Assembly: GCA_964576435.1 (NCBI GenBank)
Contig: CAZNUP010000001.1
Coordinates: forward strand, 98,345 to 162,344
Length of the DNA stretch: 64,000 nt
Reading direction: 5' to 3'
Source: an uncultured Gammaproteobacteria bacterium
Lineage (GTDB): Bacteria > Patescibacteriota > Microgenomatia > JAMCZE01
Shown here piece after piece: positions 46,178 to 55,807 of this stretch (position 1 is the stretch's first letter; the number at the start of each line of letters is the position of its first letter). Both the position numbers and the translations under genes were made by a program. A model generated the notes under the pieces. The model saw only the letters and a list, made by a program, of their open reading frames with translations, had not been told where the DNA came from and searched no databases.

Positions 46178-46682
46178 TATCCTTCACCTCCTTCTTAAAT
46201 TCTTCCATAAGTTTATGAACCTTCGGATCGATAATCAACCTACAATAAGGGTAACTTTTATTTCGGTCATAAAAATCCTGATGATAATCCTCAGCTGGAT
46301 AAAAATTCTTAAGTTCCAATATTTCCGTTACAGCGTCTTTAGGTTTTGCTTCTTCGGCAGCGTTTTTTTGCTCGCTACTTGTGTAGTAAATTCCTGACCT
46401 ATATTGTGTCCCAACGTCATTTCCTTGTCTATTTAGTGTTGTGTAGTCATGTGTTCTAAAAAATATTTCTAGAATCTTACTAAGAGGAATAATTTTTGGA
46501 TCAAATGTTATTTGCAAACTTTCCGCTGCTCCTGTGTCTCCCCCACACACGTCGTCATAACTGGGGTTAGAGATGTTGGAATTTGCGTAACCCGAGACCA
46601 CTTTGGAGACCCCTTTAAGTCTTTTAAAAATTGCTTCTGTGCACCAAAAGCATCCATTCGCCAGTGTGATTGTTTCTTCCAC
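46170..46682 (-). CDS. msrA: Peptide methionine sulfoxide reductase MsrA
   Basis: Active-site 'GCFWCTEAIF'. Confidence 0.85.
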   Translation of the reverse strand: MEETITLANGCFWCTEAIFKRLKGVSKVVSGYANSNISNPSYDDVCGGDTGAAESLQITFDPKIIPLSKILEIFFRTHDYTTLNRQGNDVGTQYRSGIYYTSSEQKNAAEEAKPKDAVTEILELKNFYPAEDYHQDFYDRNKSYPYCRLIIDPKVHKLMEEFKKEVKDNG

Positions 46683-47101
46683 AAAAGTTAGTATATACTA
46701 CTTTTGTGTCAGAAAAAGCAATTGGATACACCCTACTTGTTATTGGAATAGTCCTAATAGTTTTTGCGCTTGTTCGTATGTTTCTTGTTTTTACAGGCAC
46801 CATCCCTCCAGTGGACCTTTTTAATACTGGCGGCATATCTTTTGACCCCAGTTCCTTAATGAGTGCAACATCCATAAGTCCGACCACCGCCACAACTCCA
46901 GTTTCAGCTGCTAAACCTCAAGAATTAGTTTCAGCCGACTATTTAAACTTAACATCTAATATTTTTGCCGAACTGATTTTAATGGGTTTTGTCGCAAGTA
47001 TAGGTCAAAAGCTTGCCTCAACTGGTACTAGCCTAATTAGGCCCATAACTGTTAAACTCAAAGCTAAAGATGGTACTGAATATGTTGCCGACAAAAAATG
47101 A
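46670..47101 (+). CDS. Hypothetical membrane protein
   Basis: Two to three hydrophobic helices. ATGA overlap with the cupredoxin gene. Confidence 0.35.
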   Translation: MFLPQKLVYTTFVSEKAIGYTLLVIGIVLIVFALVRMFLVFTGTIPPVDLFNTGGISFDPSSLMSATSISPTTATTPVSAAKPQELVSADYLNLTSNIFAELILMGFVASIGQKLASTGTSLIRPITVKLKAKDGTEYVADKK

Positions 47102-47484
47102 GTGACACAAAAAAAATGATTTTAGCAGGGGTAGCAGTGATTGTTTTGGTGCTTGGTATGTATATTGGATCTAAAAACAATTACATCACATTTCCTGAAG
47201 CAGTCAAAAATGCTACTGAAAAGGCGGATCAACAAAATAAAAATATCATTGTTATGGAAGATAATACCTATTCTCCAGCCAACCTAATAGTTAAAAATGG
47301 TCAAACTGTCACCTGGGAAAATAAGGGCACCATGGATCATACTGCAACAGCAGACGATGGCTCCTTTGACACCAGAACTATTGTTCCTGGCCAAAAAGTG
47401 GTTTTGGAATTTAATACTCCGGGGACTTATTCCTACCATTGTTCTTTTCATCCAGACATGGTTGGAACCATAGTTGTCGAATGA
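47098..47484 (+). CDS. Membrane-anchored cupredoxin (plastocyanin/amicyanin-like type-1 blue copper protein)
   Basis: Type-1 Cu ligand spacing 'H(37)...YHCSFHPDMVG' (His, Cys-x2-His-x2-Met). N-terminal TM anchor. Confidence 0.7.
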   Translation: MSDTKKMILAGVAVIVLVLGMYIGSKNNYITFPEAVKNATEKADQQNKNIIVMEDNTYSPANLIVKNGQTVTWENKGTMDHTATADDGSFDTRTIVPGQKVVLEFNTPGTYSYHCSFHPDMVGTIVVE

Positions 47485-49313
47485 AAAAAATATTCCTAAT
47501 TTTGTTTTTTCTCCCACTTTTTCTTTTCTTTGGAAAGAGTGTTGAAGCAAAAAGTTTCTATTTTCCAAACGTTGATATAGAAGCTAAGATAAATTCTGAT
47601 TCCTCAGTCAACTTTATTGAAAAACGCACCTTTGATTTTGATGGCAGTTTTACTCAAGTCTATTGGGACATACCGTTAACTGGTAATCAACAAATTTCTG
47701 ATGTAAAAATTGAAGAAGTTGGTTACGGCCCTTACGAAGAAATTGATTTTATAGATCCAAATCGACCAACCAATAAATATGCAGCTAGAAGGCAAGGGGA
47801 CACTGAACACATTGAAGCCTGGCATTCGTCACAAGATGAGATAAAGACATTTGTTTTAAGCTATAAAGTCACTGGTGCCGTTCAAAAGTACCAAGATGTT
47901 GCCGAGTTCTATTGGCAGATGATTGGTGACGGTTGGGGCTCTCAAACTGAAAATGTAAAAGTCTTAGTCACTCTCCCAAGCACTGTAAATAAAAAACAGA
48001 TTTACGTTTGGGGCCATGGCCCATTAAATGGACAAGCAAAAATTTTAAATGAAACAACCACTGAATTTACAGCAACCAACCTAAGCCCCAATACTTTTTT
48101 TGAAATTCGTGAACTTTTCCCAAGTAGCCTTATAGAAGGACCAGCTATAAGTAAAAATCACCTACAAGAAATCAAAGATGAAGAAGCAGGATTCCAACGA
48201 CAAACAGTAATTTCTGGTTGGTTAGCAGTGAGTTTCGCAATTTTGGTTTTAGGTGGATTAACCGCTTGGGTAATTTTCTGGTGGCGTATTTGGGTCAAAT
48301 ACGGTAAAGAATATCCGGTTGAAGTTCCAAAATATGTTCACTTCCCTCCAAGCAAGTTGGCTCCCGCATTAGTTGAAGCGCTTGTAAATCAGGAACAGAC
48401 AGTTTCTGTAACCTCATTTACCGCAACACTTCTTGACCTTGCTCGAAGGAAATATCTAAAAATTGAATCTAACGAGTCCTATTCCAAAGGTGTTCTTGGT
48501 ATAGGTAGTAAAAAAGTCTATTCCTATATTCTTCATAAATTACCGAAAGAAGATGGGTTAGAAGACTTTGAAAAAGACGTTTTAGATTTCGTCTTTGAGT
48601 TTTCTGATGACGGTAAAACATTATCCTTTGACATTCTAAAAAGTGAAATGAAAAGTTCACCGTCAAAAACCAAAAAGTTCTTTGATGCTTGGAAAAATAA
48701 AGTTACCAAAAAAGCAGATTCCTTAGATTTCGTTGATGAAGAAAGTAAAGTGTGGAAAAAACGCTTTACGGTAAGTAATGCGGTTCTTCTATCTCTTTTC
48801 TTTGTTTCTCTAGTTGTTTACTTCCACATTTGGGGAGCAATCATTCATGCCATAATTTTCCCATTAGTATTTGGCGGAATTTTCCTTAGCGTCCTTGGAC
48901 GCTTCATGCTTAGATGGAAAAAAGATAAAGCCTTAGAAGCGAAACAATGGTTAGCTTTTAAAAAGTTTCTAGAAGATTTCTCGCACTTTAAGGATGAGTT
49001 GCCTCAAGCTCTCATTATTTGGGAAGATATGTTAGTTTATGGCACAGCTCTTGGTGTTGCTTCTAAAGTTAGTGAGTATTTACCTCTAATTCTAAAGCAA
49101 GAAGGTGCATCCTCTCACTATCCGTCCTGGTACTACATGACTGGGGTAAGTGGTGCAAATAACAATTTCTCTTTTGATTTTACCTCTTCTCTAACTCAAA
49201 GCTTTGCCTCTGTCGCAACAGCTGCCAGCACTTCTATGAGTTCGGGTGGGGGTGGAGGTTTCTCAGGAGGCGGTGGCGGAGGAGGCGGTGGCGGCGGTGG
49301 TGGAGCCAGTTAA
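47481..49313 (+). CDS. DUF2207-like membrane protein with a C-terminal poly-Gly tail (start moved to the Met 'MKKIFLILFF')
   Basis: Signal peptide, an extracellular domain about 230 aa long, several TM helices, and a terminal 'SGGGGGFSGGGGGGGGGGGGGAS'. This architecture is typical of DUF2207. Confidence 0.5.
   Translation: MKKIFLILFFLPLFLFFGKSVEAKSFYFPNVDIEAKINSDSSVNFIEKRTFDFDGSFTQVYWDIPLTGNQQISDVKIEEVGYGPYEEIDFIDPNRPTNKYAARRQGDTEHIEAWHSSQDEIKTFVLSYKVTGAVQKYQDVAEFYWQMIGDGWGSQTENVKVLVTLPSTVNKKQIYVWGHGPLNGQAKILNETTTEFTATNLSPNTFFEIRELFPSSLIEGPAISKNHLQEIKDEEAGFQRQTVISGWLAVSFAILVLGGLTAWVIFWWRIWVKYGKEYPVEVPKYVHFPPSKLAPALVEALVNQEQTVSVTSFTATLLDLARRKYLKIESNESYSKGVLGIGSKKVYSYILHKLPKEDGLEDFEKDVLDFVFEFSDDGKTLSFDILKSEMKSSPSKTKKFFDAWKNKVTKKADSLDFVDEESKVWKKRFTVSNAVLLSLFFVSLVVYFHIWGAIIHAIIFPLVFGGIFLSVLGRFMLRWKKDKALEAKQWLAFKKFLEDFSHFKDELPQALIIWEDMLVYGTALGVASKVSEYLPLILKQEGASSHYPSWYYMTGVSGANNNFSFDFTSSLTQSFASVATAASTSMSSGGGGGFSGGGGGGGGGGGGGAS
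49243..49310 (+). repeat. GGN codon-repeat tract encoding the poly-glycine tail
   Basis: 'ggtgggggtggaggtttctcaggaggcggtggcggaggaggcggtggcggcggtggtgga' is low-complexity and prone to slippage. Confidence 0.6.
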
Positions 49314-50059
49314 TCAGTTACTACTAATCTAAAAGATTCGAATCTTTTACCTTCGGGATAATCTTCAGACAAAGTAAAGAAATCTGCAGACTCTTGTGCT
49401 CCTTCTAAACTGTATTGAGATTTGTGCGTTGCGTGAGCTTTAATTCTCGTCTGAACTGTTTCGCTGACGTCAATGTGAACTGTGTCTGGGTCGCCGTAGA
49501 AGTCGACGAGTAAAAATTCTTTTACTGAATGAGAAGCTGCTTCTGGATTATTAAAGTGTTCCGGAAAAAATAATATGTCCCGGCTATACGGATAAGCTGC
49601 ATCCAAAACTGCTTGACCAGTTGACCTGTGGTCGCGATGATTAACCCAACTGTCACCCGACGTATGGCGAATAATTACATTTTCCGGATTGTGTGTGATT
49701 ATTATTTCAGGTTTAAAAAGTCTTATTTGTAAGGCAATTTTCCCAATAATCTCCAAGCTGTCCTGAATTTCACCGTCTGGAATATGTAAATAAATATTAT
49801 CTTCCTCCTTTACCCCAAGTATTTTCATTGCATCAGCGTCTTCCTGTTCACGGGTTTCAAGTAGTTTTTTTGAAGTGATTTTTTGTTGTTTAGATCCCTT
49901 ATCTCCACTTGTCATTTTTACAACTCTGACTCTTTTGCCATCATTAATAAGTCTTGCAATTGTTCCTCCACAATATAATTCCGCATCATCAGGGTGAGCA
50001 AATATAACCATTATTCGACCTTTATCGCCAAAGACCTTTTTATACTCGTCTTGAACCAT
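49310..50059 (-). CDS. PIG-L/LmbE-family N-acetylglucosaminyl deacetylase
   Basis: 'IMVIFAHPDDAELYCGGTIARL' is the LmbE zinc-binding motif (AHPDDE). Confidence 0.75.
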   Translation of the reverse strand: MVQDEYKKVFGDKGRIMVIFAHPDDAELYCGGTIARLINDGKRVRVVKMTSGDKGSKQQKITSKKLLETREQEDADAMKILGVKEEDNIYLHIPDGEIQDSLEIIGKIALQIRLFKPEIIITHNPENVIIRHTSGDSWVNHRDHRSTGQAVLDAAYPYSRDILFFPEHFNNPEAASHSVKEFLLVDFYGDPDTVHIDVSETVQTRIKAHATHKSQYSLEGAQESADFFTLSEDYPEGKRFESFRLVVTD

Positions 50060-50128
50060 GTGAAGCTATTATATCTATTAATTAATATAACCAAAACCCT
50101 CTCCGGTGGGAGCCGGAGAAGATTGAGA

Positions 50129-50932
50129 TTATTGAGCCATTGCCCCAGACGGGCTAGCGCTCACTGCTGGTGAGGCAGTTACCAGTGTTGGTCCACTAAC
50201 TACGTCATAAGTTATATGTCCATCACTAAGTCCTGTGACTTTTATTTGAATTGCCACCTCTTTGCCAAGCATTGTATTCTTAATTTGTGTTGACGTTGCT
50301 TGGTTGAACTCAAAATAGTATTTCTTACCTTCGTTTGTTGTTAAGGTAAAAACACTTCCTCCAAAGACAGAATCATCGGATACAAAGGCAAGCGTCCCTT
50401 GTAATGTTATTCCTTGTCCAATCTTAGATGTAGTATCACTAACACTTGTCGCTACAGATGTCTTAAGTGCTGCTATCTTGGTCTTTAAATTTGCTACAGC
50501 CTGTGAAACTTCAGCTGGAAGTTGTGGTTGCTTTTGAGTAAGAACAACTGGTTGTTTTTCAACAAAAACAACAATGGTATTCAAATCATTTTTCCCAGCG
50601 GTATCAAGTGCGGAGCTAATTTTATTGACATAAGCTTTAGTCAAAGCCAGTCTAACAACAGGGTTATTGATATCATCAATTGCCCCGGCAACATTTTGAG
50701 CCCCTTCTTTCATCGCATCAACTGCGTCCATTTTTGCTTCTTGAGACTCTTTTTGTACATCCTCGACCTGACTCTTTGTCTGAGCCAGCTGATCTGATAG
50801 TTGGTTAATGCTGTTTCTATTAACAAACCAAAGACCAACTAAGCCGATTATTATGACTAAACCAACGACCCCAACCACCATTCCGGTTGAGCTTTTCTTA
50901 GATTGACTGCTACTGCTATTACTTTCATCCAT
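50129..50932 (-). CDS. Hypothetical membrane-anchored coiled-coil protein
   Basis: N-terminal Ser-rich segment followed by a TM helix, about 150 aa of helical Q/A/K-rich sequence, and a C-terminal beta-rich domain. Confidence 0.4.
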   Translation of the reverse strand: MDESNSSSSQSKKSSTGMVVGVVGLVIIIGLVGLWFVNRNSINQLSDQLAQTKSQVEDVQKESQEAKMDAVDAMKEGAQNVAGAIDDINNPVVRLALTKAYVNKISSALDTAGKNDLNTIVVFVEKQPVVLTQKQPQLPAEVSQAVANLKTKIAALKTSVATSVSDTTSKIGQGITLQGTLAFVSDDSVFGGSVFTLTTNEGKKYYFEFNQATSTQIKNTMLGKEVAIQIKVTGLSDGHITYDVVSGPTLVTASPAVSASPSGAMAQ

Positions 50933-50985
50933 TAATTCTCACCTCCTTACGTTTCTTTAGGCACATTGTAAACATTTCTGCTTGT

Positions 50986-52275
50986 TTGTCAAAGAAAAAA
51001 ATATTAATATCTGGACTAGTGTCAAAAAACACAAAACCACCCGAGATCGCGAACCACCCTAAATTGTGGCACATAATCTTAATTGCCTTTATTGCCATAG
51101 CTTTTACCGCCTTCTGGCTAGGTGGTTATGAAATCATAAATAATCTAATTTGGGGGAATACTTTTGTTCAAGCTAATAGGTGGGTGTTCCCGGTTTTAGC
51201 TATATTTTTCTCTCTGATTGTAGGCCTTGCTCAAAAATACCTGAGTGCACCCAATGTAATTAATGGGGGAGCAATGGATGCATTTAAGGGAAATCCGGGT
51301 AGCGACGAGGAAAAGAAAATTCCCTTTGTTGGCACTCTCATTACTTCTTTTGCCTCACTTTTGTCAGGTGCCAGTGTTGGCCCAGAAGGCTCCCTTGGCA
51401 CACTAGTTGGTCAGATATCCAAATTTACCAGGAAAAAATTAAAGCTAAGTGATTCTGAAGCGCTTGGGTTCGATTCTGCTGCTATGGCCTCAGCCTATAA
51501 CGGTATAATAGGTAGTCCACTTTTTACTGCGGTTTTAGCAACTGAACTCCGCTCCGGATCTTCTTCTCCTCTTTCATTTTTAACTTGGAATTTGCTAGCC
51601 GGTGCCATTGGTTTTATATTCTTTGTTACCCTGGGTCTTCCAGAATTTGCTAAGTACATCCCTTTTACCCCAATTGAAAGTTTAGAGCCCACCTATATTT
51701 TTTGGTCAGTTGCTATGGGACTCATTGGCACTCTTATTGCCATATTTACCATGGTTCTTTTTAAAAAAGCTCAAGAGATTAACACCAAAATATTTGGTAC
51801 AAAAGTAGTTGCCAGAGCTCTAGCTGTTGGAGTGATTGTTGGAATAGTGGGTTATTTCTTTCCAGAAGTAATGTTTGCAGGAGAAACTCAAATCTTCCCC
51901 ATGCTTCAAAACCCAGCTGCCTATGGAGTAGCACTCCTTATTTTCTTTGGCCTTTTAAAAATTGTCCTTTTAGCAATTTCTTTTAAAGGAGGTTTCCTCG
52001 GTGGCCCAACTTTCCCAATTCTTTTTGCTTGCACCATGATTGGTCTAGCGCTAAGTTTAATTTTCCCAACCATACCAATCTCCATTTTTGTTCTGGGAAT
52101 TGAAGCAGCCACTATAACCTTGGTTTTGAATGCACCCTTAACCGCCATTCTTCTTGTAGGAATTGTTGGTACGGCTGATTCAAATACCGTAGTTCTTCTT
52201 GTTCTGTCCTCAGTAACCGCCATGTTTTTGGGTGAGGCTCTAAAGAAAAGAAGTGTGTTAAGATTGAAAAAATAA
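50986..52275 (+). CDS. ClC-family chloride channel / H+-Cl- antiporter
   Basis: 'GASVGPEGSLGTLVGQI' (GxEGP selectivity motif) and 'GFLGGPTFPILF' (GxFxP). Confidence 0.75.
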   Translation: MSKKKILISGLVSKNTKPPEIANHPKLWHIILIAFIAIAFTAFWLGGYEIINNLIWGNTFVQANRWVFPVLAIFFSLIVGLAQKYLSAPNVINGGAMDAFKGNPGSDEEKKIPFVGTLITSFASLLSGASVGPEGSLGTLVGQISKFTRKKLKLSDSEALGFDSAAMASAYNGIIGSPLFTAVLATELRSGSSSPLSFLTWNLLAGAIGFIFFVTLGLPEFAKYIPFTPIESLEPTYIFWSVAMGLIGTLIAIFTMVLFKKAQEINTKIFGTKVVARALAVGVIVGIVGYFFPEVMFAGETQIFPMLQNPAAYGVALLIFFGLLKIVLLAISFKGGFLGGPTFPILFACTMIGLALSLIFPTIPISIFVLGIEAATITLVLNAPLTAILLVGIVGTADSNTVVLLVLSSVTAMFLGEALKKRSVLRLKK

Positions 52276-52291
52276 AAGGAGGTGATTTCAG

Positions 52292-52552
52292 ATGATTATG
52301 ATGAGAAGAGGTCGACCAATCATGGCAGCTGCCGCAACAGCATCCATGGTAAGTACTGCACGCACAAATAGAGCAGTCAGAAAAAATATCGAAGGCCAAA
52401 ATGTCGCTCAAGATGCTCAAACGCAACAACAAGCAGCACCTGCTCAAGACGACACCACAGCTGAATTGGAAAAGTTGAAAGGCCTTTTGGATCAAGGTTT
52501 GATTTCCCAATCCGACTACGATGCCAAAAAGAAACAACTTTTAGGTCTTTAA
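52292..52552 (+). CDS. SHOCT-domain small protein
   Basis: The C-terminal 'ELEKLKGLLDQGLISQSDYDAKKKQLLGL' is the SHOCT motif. Confidence 0.5.
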   Translation: MIMMRRGRPIMAAAATASMVSTARTNRAVRKNIEGQNVAQDAQTQQQAAPAQDDTTAELEKLKGLLDQGLISQSDYDAKKKQLLGL

Positions 52553-52623
52553 TAAGTAGTTATAAAACAAAGCTCTTCTACCAATTGGTGGGTAAGGAGC
52601 TTTGTTTAGTTTTAAAGGAGATT

Positions 52624-53298
52624 CTATTTTTTCTTGGGCTGAAGAAATGCAGTTGCTAAAAAACCACTTAATGTTCCGAAAAGTCCAATTCCCACAAGCA
52701 TCACAACCACTCCAATTATTCGTCCCCAATTGGTAACTGGATACCTATCTCCATACCCAACAGTTGTAATAGTTACGATTATCCACCACAAAGCATCTGA
52801 TGGAGTCTTAATATTAGCTGCTGATGAAAAAGACTCTACATGTAAAATCAATATTCCTCCAAATTCCAAAACCAAAATAGCGAGGAAAAAAATTGTCAAA
52901 AGAGCACTGCTTCCTCTATTTGCTAAAAATTCCAAGACCAATCTTTTTGTGTGATATTTCCTCATAATTCGGACTGCCCGTAGTAGTCTAAAAAATAAAA
53001 GAATCTTAAGTTCGGGGAAGGGTAAACTTGCCAATAGGTCCGCCCATCCATATCTGTGAATAAAGTATTCTTTTTTTGTTTTGTTACCAAAAAATCGTAT
53101 CGAGAAGTCAGCCAGGAAAATTAAATCAAACACCACATTCATTATCACAACGACCCCAGCAATATCCTCTGACTTAACAAAATATAGAAGAAATACATTA
53201 ATAACAGACAATATCGATAAAGCAGCTATAAAAAGCTCGTAAGTTATTGAGCCAATTTGGTCGGGAGATTTGCTTTCTTTTTTATTTTTTACTGCCAT
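52624..53298 (-). CDS. Potassium channel (pore-loop with TVGYG selectivity filter), 4-6 TM
   Basis: 'ALWWIIVTITTVGYGDRYPVT' is the canonical K+ selectivity filter. Confidence 0.8.
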   Translation of the reverse strand: MAVKNKKESKSPDQIGSITYELFIAALSILSVINVFLLYFVKSEDIAGVVVIMNVVFDLIFLADFSIRFFGNKTKKEYFIHRYGWADLLASLPFPELKILLFFRLLRAVRIMRKYHTKRLVLEFLANRGSSALLTIFFLAILVLEFGGILILHVESFSSAANIKTPSDALWWIIVTITTVGYGDRYPVTNWGRIIGVVVMLVGIGLFGTLSGFLATAFLQPKKK

Positions 53299-53354
53299 TA
53301 CAATTTATTTTTAGGCAGTGCGTGCTATTTTAGCACGTTTTTAAGGGTGTGGGG

Positions 53355-53792
53355 CTACAAAGCAAACAAAATGACACTCATTACAAGAAGACTAACTAAG
53401 TAGTAGCCAGTATCGATTGCAAGAAGACTCCAAGGTTTTTTCTCAACATTAAATAGAAACTTTGAAAATGCGTACATCGCAATAAATCCAATCCATGCCC
53501 AAACAGCCGTTTTCATTGCAATAAAGAGTGTTAAATACCCAGGTGCTGCATACCAAATAAAGTGAGCAAGGACATAGGCCATAACTAGCGATGAAACAAA
53601 CATTAACCCATAAGCTTTTGGCATCTCTTTCTTAGTAGTCTCCTCCTTTTCTTTAGTAAGTCCAACCATCTTCGACCATTTCTTGCCAAATAGGGGACCA
53701 TACCATAAATATCCAAGGATCATAGCAGCTACCCCACAAAGAAGAATTGCAAAATAGTTAATTGGTACCATGAAGAAGTTTCCAAGTTCCAT
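53355..53792 (-). CDS. DUF1761-family membrane protein
   Basis: 'GYLWYGPLFGKKW' is typical of DUF1761. Four TM helices. Confidence 0.5.
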   Translation of the reverse strand: MELGNFFMVPINYFAILLCGVAAMILGYLWYGPLFGKKWSKMVGLTKEKEETTKKEMPKAYGLMFVSSLVMAYVLAHFIWYAAPGYLTLFIAMKTAVWAWIGFIAMYAFSKFLFNVEKKPWSLLAIDTGYYLVSLLVMSVILFAL

Positions 53793-53811
53793 ATAATTTA
53801 TATTAGTCTAA

Positions 53812-54825
53812 TTAGTTTCCTTTAATCAAGCTCCAAGTTGCATATTCTTCTCGCTTAAGGTCAAACCTGTCTTTAGGCTGTCTTTTAAGTGAGTGGGCAA
53901 AGTGAGGTATTAGTTCTTTCCCTTCATAGCTTTTTATTATTTTTGGATGAATGTAATAAGTCCTGCAAACCGTTTTTGTATTTCCAAGAAGCTTCGAGAC
54001 TTCAGATACAGCGTCAATTATGTTCTTTTTTATCCCTTTAGCATCCTCTCCGTTACCCTTGGTGTAAAGTGATTCACCAGCCATAACGCTTCCTCCCCAG
54101 GTTCTAAAATCTTTTGCTGAAAAATCAGACCCCGCATAGGTTTGTAAGTATTCATTTACATCAGCTGAGTCAATTGTTTGTGGTTGTTTATTCTCATCTA
54201 TATATTGGAAAAGTTCATACCCAGGCAAATCAATACATTTCTTAACTGTTTTAGCTACAGTTGGGTGTGTTACTCCAAGTTCATGATCGACTCCACTTTT
54301 CCCCCTAAAGCTAAATGTCACTTTGTTTCCCACAACATCAACGTGTTTGTTTCTCATTGTGGTAAGTCCATAAGATTGATTCTCTTCAGCATAAACTTTA
54401 TTCCCAACTCTTATAAATGTATGTTCAAGAAGCCACACGACAGTAGCAACTATCCTATTTCTAGTTAAAGTTGGGTCTTTCATGTGTCCATCAACTGTTT
54501 TTCTGAGTTCTGGGAGTGCTTCACCAAAACTCACCATCTGTTCAAACTTGTGCTTCTGGTTGTGTTTAACTAGGTCTGGGTGATAAATATATTGTTTCCG
54601 CCTCTTTGCGTCGGTTCCAATAACTTGAATATAAGATAGTGGGTCAGATGCAATTAAAACTTCAGTCCAAGCGGGTGGAATTGCAAACTCTAAAATTCTT
54701 TCTCTATCTTTTTCAGAAACGACTTTTCCGTCTTCATCTACAAAACTGAAGCTATCACCGTTTTTTCTGCGCCTTAAATTTAAGTTTAAATTTTTAGGAT
54801 AGTGAAGTGTCATTGTCCTTCCCAA
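53812..54825 (-). CDS. Type IB DNA topoisomerase (poxvirus/eukaryote-like TopIB)
   Basis: 'FRGKSGVDHE', 'DFSAKDFRTWGGSV' and the C-terminal 'TVCRTYYIHPKII' (catalytic Tyr in an SKxxY-like context) match the bacterial TopIB layout of about 330 aa. Confidence 0.7.
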   Translation of the reverse strand: MGRTMTLHYPKNLNLNLRRRKNGDSFSFVDEDGKVVSEKDRERILEFAIPPAWTEVLIASDPLSYIQVIGTDAKRRKQYIYHPDLVKHNQKHKFEQMVSFGEALPELRKTVDGHMKDPTLTRNRIVATVVWLLEHTFIRVGNKVYAEENQSYGLTTMRNKHVDVVGNKVTFSFRGKSGVDHELGVTHPTVAKTVKKCIDLPGYELFQYIDENKQPQTIDSADVNEYLQTYAGSDFSAKDFRTWGGSVMAGESLYTKGNGEDAKGIKKNIIDAVSEVSKLLGNTKTVCRTYYIHPKIIKSYEGKELIPHFAHSLKRQPKDRFDLKREEYATWSLIKGN

Positions 54826-55169
54826 GGGGTCATAAGCTGGAAATAGTTTCCATCAGGATCAGAAAGAGTTGCAATCCAAGCACCTTGCATTTCATAAGGT
54901 TCTTTAACTGAAATTGCACCTGCTTTAACCATTCTGTCAAACTCTTCTTTAACTTCTTTTGTTTCAAAATTAAACATCATTCGTGCTGGTTCTTTTGATT
55001 GCCCTTTAACTTCTGAATGTGGACCCACTGAGAAAAATGTGTCTCCCGCTTTCCATCCTGTCCAATCTCCATCTTGCATCATAGGTTCCATGCCAAGGAC
55101 TTTTGTATAAAACTCTGATAACACTTTTGGCTGACTTGACCCGATCATTATTGAATTTAAATTAATCAT
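54810..55169 (-). CDS. VOC/glyoxalase-family protein
   Basis: About 120 aa with paired beta-alpha-beta-beta-beta modules. 'DPDGNYFQL' is a typical VOC C-terminal motif. Confidence 0.65.
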   Translation of the reverse strand: MINLNSIMIGSSQPKVLSEFYTKVLGMEPMMQDGDWTGWKAGDTFFSVGPHSEVKGQSKEPARMMFNFETKEVKEEFDRMVKAGAISVKEPYEMQGAWIATLSDPDGNYFQLMTPWEGQ

Positions 55170-55186
55170 ATAATTTTATTCTATCA

Positions 55187-55591
55187 CTACTTTGGTGCTT
55201 TAGTTTCATCAATATAAGTTAGTTCCCAAATATGTCCATCGATATCAGAGATACTTTGTGAATACATCCATCCATAATCATCAACTGGCCTGTTTATTTT
55301 TCCACCATTTTCGACTGCAAGTTTACTAAGTTCATCAACTTTTTCTTTACTATCAAATGAAATGGCATTAATAACTTCAACGTTTTGAAAACTATCAACA
55401 ATATTTTTATTTGTAAAAGTTTTAAAAAACTCTTCTTTGAGAAGCATTGCAAAGATATTGTCACCTAAAGTCAAAGCGGCTGCCTTCTCATCAGTAAATG
55501 TCTTATTAAAGCTAAACCCAAGATTCGTCCAAAAGTTCATTGTTTTAGAAAGATCTTTAACAGGAAGATTAACAAATATTTGCTTAACCAT
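55187..55591 (-). CDS. VOC/glyoxalase-family protein
   Basis: 'DIDGHIWEL' is a VOC-type C-terminal motif. Size about 134 aa. Confidence 0.55.
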   Translation of the reverse strand: MVKQIFVNLPVKDLSKTMNFWTNLGFSFNKTFTDEKAAALTLGDNIFAMLLKEEFFKTFTNKNIVDSFQNVEVINAISFDSKEKVDELSKLAVENGGKINRPVDDYGWMYSQSISDIDGHIWELTYIDETKAPK

Positions 55592-55807
55592 AGATATATT
55601 TTAACAACTTGATAAAATATTTTCTATACAAAAGATATTCAATTTTTGTGGTTTGACACCCATTTCTACTAGAAGTAACTATTTGTACGTTTATAAATCC
55701 AAGTTTAAAAAAATAAATCTCTAGGTTTGAATTGGCTATATTTTAATTTGTTGGAGCTATTCCCTAGGAGTAGTGCCCCATATTTAGCCGTAAGCTAAAT
55801 TTAGATA

